Shown: positions 59,018 through 64,000 of the stretch, piece after piece
Numbering within the stretch: the first letter of the stretch is position 1
Layout: each line of letters starts with the position of its first letter
Assembly: GCA_963733045.1 (NCBI GenBank)
Contig: CAVTBZ010000003.1
Coordinates: 31,223 to 95,222 of the forward strand
Reading direction: 5' to 3'
Length of the DNA: 64,000 bases
Source: an uncultured Methanoregulaceae archaeon
GTDB lineage: Archaea > Halobacteriota > Methanomicrobia > Methanomicrobiales > Methanospirillaceae
The notes under the pieces: model-generated
The model's input: the letters and a program-made list of their open reading frames with translations, nothing else
What the model was told of the DNA's origin: nothing
The model's database searches: none
Made by a program: the position numbers and the translations under genes

Positions 59018-59872
59018 GTGAAGGTTTTCTCCAGAGCAGATAAAATAAAATTTATGCAATATGCGCCTGTTGCAACAAGTATCGTTTCCGGGACACTGTT
59101 CAGTGTTATAGCGGGCATGGTGTTCATTATCCTGCTCCATGAACCGGGTCCGTTATTTTACCCTTTCGCTGCCCTTGTTTTCCTGGGCGGTCCGCTCATC
59201 GCCGGAACGACAGGCGCTGTCCAGTCCCGTGAACACAAATACAGGGCATTTCTCATTTCAGGTTGTGCCGTGTTCGGCGCAGTGCTCGTAGTGTTTTTCG
59301 TTACCTACGCGGTCCTGCCTCACTTCGATCGCACAAGTGTGCTGCTGCCGGAATATTGCGACGGCTTTGACAGCAGCCCTCATCCTGCTCCGATGCTTGC
59401 ATACGAACTCCCGGGCACAGGAACCGGCATGTTGATCACAGGCGATGAACAAACCGCTGTGCTCGTGATGATCGATTACACCAAAGCGCCTTACCCGAGC
59501 ACTGTCTATGTCGTGAACAGGAGCGACAACAGGATCCTGCTGCGCATGGACTTTGCAGACGATACCATCATTGCGACAATCGACAGCGGCATTGTATATC
59601 TCTACCATGACAAACTGGGATATCTCATCAATGCCCGGACCGGCGCATCTGAAAAAACATTCCTGCTCATCGACAACTATGGCGGTTTGAGCGGGAGCGA
59701 CCGCCCGGTCCTTCCCGGCGCGTCCGAAGGGCGCAGGTATCTGGAAACCACAGCGGTGATTTCATCGTGGAGCACCGATGGGACGGTCCGGTCCCGCTCC
59801 CATTTCACGATGAACGGTATTGCTTACAACTGTTTTGTCAACGGGGAAACCGGAGAGATTGTGGAGATCTGA
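59018..59872 (+). CDS. Hypothetical membrane protein
   Basis: Three N-terminal TM segments and a soluble domain. Confidence 0.7.
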   Translation: MKVFSRADKIKFMQYAPVATSIVSGTLFSVIAGMVFIILLHEPGPLFYPFAALVFLGGPLIAGTTGAVQSREHKYRAFLISGCAVFGAVLVVFFVTYAVLPHFDRTSVLLPEYCDGFDSSPHPAPMLAYELPGTGTGMLITGDEQTAVLVMIDYTKAPYPSTVYVVNRSDNRILLRMDFADDTIIATIDSGIVYLYHDKLGYLINARTGASEKTFLLIDNYGGLSGSDRPVLPGASEGRRYLETTAVISSWSTDGTVRSRSHFTMNGIAYNCFVNGETGEIVEI

Positions 59873-60164
59873 TTTTCGTTTCCTTGAACTAAATCACTCT
59901 GACTTTTTTCGATTGCTTCAGTATTTTCCCCGTAACCTGGGATACAGCGATGCCCCCCATGTCCAGAAACACGTGCCTTTGTTTTTTTGCCCCTCTAACA
60001 TCGCCAAATACGACCGCACCAATTCCTGCCGGAGAACGGCCAATTAATCCGACCCGGATTCCGCGTTTTTGCGAATTATGACCGCTGGAATCCGGGGGTG
60101 AGGGAAAAGAGGTACAACCGGGCCCAATTCAGGCTCCGGTGCAGCCGTGGAAATGCAGGGGTTT

Positions 60165-60581
60165 TCAGGTGGGGGATACTCCCCCCTCACTGACAGGAGT
60201 CCCGGTCACGTACGCAACTATCTGACCCGACTCAAGCCGTTTGCCCTCGCGATCGATCTCGACCAGCGTGGACGGAGTGACGAGAAAGAACCGCCACGTC
60301 CCGTGCTTCGACCGGAGCCAGAGCTCGGCCGTGATGGCCGCATCCCGGGCAATAATCCGGAGCTGGGCGATCTCCTCCTTGAAATCCTTAGCAAGCTGCT
60401 GAATGGTCGAGAGGATTGCCGGTGCGAACATGACCCGGGCGAACGTGACCGGGACCTTCGAAATGATCGCGATGTCAAAGACCCGCTCCGGCCCGCCCAT
60501 TGCCAGCTGGACAATGCCCCGGGCCTTCGCGATCGGGACCGCTTCCGCCAGCGCCCGGTGGGGACGGGGACCGCGGGTCAT
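60165..60581 (-). CDS. Hypothetical protein, possibly PD-(D/E)xK-like fold
   Basis: MTRGPRP start with SD-like gagga upstream; FDIAI, ELWLRSKHGTWRFF. Confidence 0.65.
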   Translation of the reverse strand: MTRGPRPHRALAEAVPIAKARGIVQLAMGGPERVFDIAIISKVPVTFARVMFAPAILSTIQQLAKDFKEEIAQLRIIARDAAITAELWLRSKHGTWRFFLVTPSTLVEIDREGKRLESGQIVAYVTGTPVSEGGVSPT

Positions 60582-61469
60582 GGGGTTTTCCTCGTCTCTC
60601 TATAATTTTTCGTTGGTTTATTCATGATATGTTACCTCCTTTTTACTCAATGCGTCTCCGGGTCCTTTGACAAAGGAACATCGATCTGGATAGATAGTGG
60701 GCTTTTATTATAAACCGGTTAAAGTAGAAAATGATGAGATTTATGAACGATTTATCTCCATCCTGGGCTGTTGCTTTGGTTTTTTGAAGGAACAGAAATG
60801 TTCCTTGGGCGGGCGCTCCGTTTTCATCACTCTTTTTTAGTCCTGCTCCAGTCTTATAGTCCCTTTGACAGAATGCATGGATCTGCTAAAGGAAATGCGC
60901 TTGGCTGAATAAATTCCGGGAACGGAAATCCTGGGATTTTAACAATGGATTTGAAGGGAAGGGGGCGCGGATATTCGAGACTGGTTTTGTAAAAATGGGA
61001 TGAGGCCGGAAAGATGAAAGAACCTGGAGGCGGAACTGAGGGCCGGATAGGGTGCGGGAGGGGATGCCAGTTTAGCGGGAAAAATAGCGTTTCACCGGGC
61101 GAGTGCCGGGACTTTGCCAAATATTTTAAGTTTCTTATCCCCAGGTCAGGTGATTGGTCGGGTCAGTGAAATTTCCGATGTTCCAATGGAAGGCCGGATT
61201 TGCACTATCTCATAAGGGGTTTTGGTAGGGGTTGGGTAAGTGAACATTGATAGAATGAGGTGGAGCGACATTGCTAAATTAGGCTCATACGTAGATTACG
61301 GTTAGAATTCGGTTAACATTTTGCGCTCAAGGTCTGGTTGATGAAATTTCAATTGAAGTGTGCCTGAAAAATTTCAATGTTAAATTGATCAGGATTTTTC
61401 AATTAGGATCATAGGTCATTAAAAAAATTTTGAGATAAAAAAAATAATAAAAATTCAGATTTTTTTTAA

Positions 61470-62479
61470 TTAATTCAACTTTTCGGGATTAAATTGCATA
61501 GTTTTTGGTATCTTCGATTCATCATGATATTCGATATCAAGTGTTGCATCGGATATTTCGAAATCTGGATTTTCGTAAAACACAACAATATTAGATTTTT
61601 TAATTACCGGATAATTGAAAAGCTCTAATGAGAATTGGTCTCCCAAGAAATTGGCCTTCAAATTCAGATATTTGAGCAAACACCTCCACATCTTTGGCAT
61701 TTTTTGTTCTTTTAGTATATTTGCGTTTAAGTTTTACTGATATTTTTATTTCATCAACTAAAACATCGAAACGCAATTTCAAGAAGTGAAAGATCAGCAA
61801 ATTTGCCATTTACCAATAATTCATATTTAGCTCGAATTTTGTCACTAACAAAAATTTGGTGCTCAATATTTCTCTTTGGTGCAGTTGGAAATATTTTTTT
61901 TATTATCGCTTGAAATTCTGGATGTGAATGGATTAACCGAGTTAGCCTTGCCTCGGAAAGGACTATGCCAGACATTTTCTCTCGTATGATTATTCCCTCG
62001 TATGGAACGAAATTTTTTTTATCGATAAAGGAGTGCACACCAAACTCGATATTTGAAATTTTAATATCTGGCTTTCTTACTTTCATTTCTGAAAGAGTAA
62101 ACCATAATCCGATATCTTTGGCAGTAACTTCAGAAATTAGTCTAATTTCAATGTCATATTTTTCTGCGACATTTCTCGCGGATTTCGAAAAATCTGATGT
62201 AATGACTGCAATTAAATGATTAGCGCAAAGGTGCTTTTTTTTAGTAACTAATTGCTCTATCCATGTGATATCCTGCACTGCATTCCAATCTCTTACTTCA
62301 AAAATGATTAATACATCCTCGGAGGCTTCTTGCTTTTTTAATGATATGTCGACTTCTCTTTTCGTCAGAGCAAATTTATCCCAAATCCAATCTGGAGATT
62401 TTATTATGATACCCTGCCCAGCTAATTCGCGTTCAAAATAGGCCACTAAGTCTTGGATTTCTTTCCAAGGTTTTTCCAT
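61470..62479 (-). CDS. Restriction endonuclease-like (Mrr/PD-(D/E)xK) protein, AT-rich, frameshifted
   Basis: REVDISL, IIFEVRD, IAVITSDFSKSA. Confidence 0.7.
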
Positions 62480-62642
62480 ATATTTTCATGTCTGAAATCG
62501 GCATTATGGATTATTAAATCTAGTTATAAAAAATGCAAAATTTTTCTCTTTAAAGGATTTTGTTAAAATTTTCCCACTCCCACTCACCATCCGCCCCTAT
62601 TATATCCTATTCCGCTTCGGGGCAGCGGAACCCATCCGAACC

Positions 62643-62672
62643 GTGCTACACTGTAGCACACATCCTTAAATA
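62643..62672 (+). promoter_or_regulatory. Palindromic operator candidate plus TATA-like box
   Basis: gtgctaca-c-tgtagcac (62643-62659) followed by cttaaata (62665-62672). Confidence 0.55.
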
Positions 62673-62695
62673 GCAGCACTTCAATACAATAAAGT

Positions 62696-62761
62696 ATGCA
62701 GGACGAGTGCTACAGCATTCATGAGGGTTTTTTCGCCCGTGAAGGCCTTTATCTCCACTAG
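62696..62761 (+). CDS. Putative leader peptide MQDECYSIHEGFFAREGLYLH
   Basis: ATG about 24 bp after the TATA-like box; Tyr, Phe-Phe, Tyr codons; upstream of aroA'. Confidence 0.45.
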   Translation: MQDECYSIHEGFFAREGLYLH

Positions 62762-62812
62762 TTCACCCGCCCGCTGCATCAGTGAAATCGTTTCTGAACA
62801 GTCTTTGAATGC

Positions 62813-62846
62813 GAAGACCGCATGGTCCCGCGTCTTTGGTTTTTTT
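62813..62846 (+). terminator. Hairpin plus T7 tract in the aroA' leader
   Basis: gaagac(c)gc...gcgtcttt then ggttttttt. Confidence 0.45.
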
Positions 62847-62940
62847 AGCTTTTATTACCGGTATTATTTCTGGTATTGATCAAGCCCTCTGGTTTGCACA
62901 ATAAATTTGTGAGTGAACGCAGGGGGAGGTTGTTGTTGTT

Positions 62941-63732
62941 ATGAGAGGAAAGGAAATTCGTCTGGAAAGGATCATGAACCGTAATACGAAAAAAACCGTC
63001 ATCATACCGATGGATCACGGCGTGACCAATGGGCCGATACCGGGCCTGATCGATCTCGGCCAGGCCGTCAACCTGGTGGCGGAAGGCGGGGCGAACGCGG
63101 TGATCGGCCATGTGGGGCTTGCTCTCCACGGCCATCGGCAGGGTGGTCGGGACGTGGGGCTGATCCTGCACCTGTCCGCAAGCACGATGCTCGCACCGGA
63201 CCCGAACGAGAAGGTGCTCGTGAACTCGGTGACCAATGCCCTGAAGATGGGTGCCGATGCGGTGTCGATGCATGTCAACATTGGTGCGGAGTCCGAGGCG
63301 AAGATGCTGCAGGACCTTGGGATGGTTGCGGTGGAATGCATGGAATGGGGCATGCCGCTCCTTGCCATGATGTACCCTCGGGGCAAGAACATCGCTACCT
63401 CCAACGACCTTGAACAGGTGAAGCTGGCTGCGAGAGTTGCTGCGGAGCTCGGCGCTGATATTGTGAAGACGGTGTATACCGGTGACCCGGAGAGCTTCCG
63501 TGAGGTCACCCGGGGCTGTCCGGTGCCGGTTGTGGTGGCCGGAGGTTCAAAGACTGATGACCGCACAACGCTTGAACTGATAGAAGGCGCGATGGCCGGG
63601 GGTGCGGCAGGCATCTCCATTGGCCGGAACGCATTCCAGCACAAGCACCCGGCACAGTTCGTACGGGCAGCGGCGTGTATCGGACATGCGAACAAGAGTG
63701 TGGATGAAGCACTGAAAATTCTGGAGGAATAA
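62941..63732 (+). CDS. aroA': 2-amino-3,7-dideoxy-D-threo-hept-6-ulosonate synthase (DhnA-type class I aldolase)
   Basis: [38 protein letters not shown]. Confidence 0.9.
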   Translation: MRGKEIRLERIMNRNTKKTVIIPMDHGVTNGPIPGLIDLGQAVNLVAEGGANAVIGHVGLALHGHRQGGRDVGLILHLSASTMLAPDPNEKVLVNSVTNALKMGADAVSMHVNIGAESEAKMLQDLGMVAVECMEWGMPLLAMMYPRGKNIATSNDLEQVKLAARVAAELGADIVKTVYTGDPESFREVTRGCPVPVVVAGGSKTDDRTTLELIEGAMAGGAAGISIGRNAFQHKHPAQFVRAAACIGHANKSVDEALKILEE

Positions 63733-63734
63733 TC

Positions 63735-64000
63735 ATGATTGGAAAGGACATCAGGATCGAACGGATCATAAACCGGAACACGAACCGGGCGGTCGATCGT
63801 ACCGATGGACCATGGTTTCTCAATGGGACAGATTGAAGGACTGCTGGATATGACGAAAGTCATCTCGGACGTGAGCGAAGGCGGTGCAAACGCGATCGTG
63901 CTCCACAAGGGGCTCGTGAAACGCGGGCACCGGAAGCACGGCCGCGACATCGGCCTGTTCATCCATCTCTCGGGGAGTACGTCGCTCAACCCGGACCCGA
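63735..64000 (+). CDS. aroA': Second AroA'/DhnA-type aldolase paralogue, partial
   Basis: [14 protein letters not shown]...VPMDHG...LHKG...IHLSGST. Confidence 0.88.

Noticed and set aside
63015-63989. 324-aa minus-strand ORF
   Set aside because: Antisense shadow of the aroA' genes
1-64000. Frequent frameshifts as programmed frameshifting or mass pseudogenisation
   Set aside because: They hit core genes (pan, nadK, hom, cheA) indiscriminately, which fits uncorrected long-read indels
62941-64000. Tandem aroA' duplication as a novelty
   Set aside because: Paired DhnA-type aldolase paralogues are familiar in methanogens

Overview
Archaeal, most likely Methanomicrobiales (Methanoregula/Methanolinea-like) DNA. 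Many conserved genes are split by 1-bp frameshifts, probably long-read assembly errors. 1-25 kb: chemotaxis and archaellum locus (soluble MCP, ParA, PAS kinase, cheDCABYF, arlJIHFG, arlD/E-like, two archaellins). 26-43 kb: housekeeping and transport genes (eIF5A, IMPase, NAD kinase, hom, two type IV pilins, tRNA-Leu, two kup, AI-2E, trkH, TraB). 43-50 kb: an IS5-like element and an accessory cluster of surface-protein and caspase-like genes. 50-64 kb: PAN, MBF1, MFS, kinases, a restriction-endonuclease-like gene and tandem aroA'. Most notable non-coding signals: (1) a ~440-bp dispersed repeat family whose hairpins covary between copies; (2) a ~207-bp MITE family sharing terminal inverted repeats with the IS5-like element; (3) an aromatic-codon uORF with alternative hairpins and a T-tract upstream of aroA', a candidate archaeal attenuator. 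All alignments were done by eye and coordinates of frameshifted genes are approximate.
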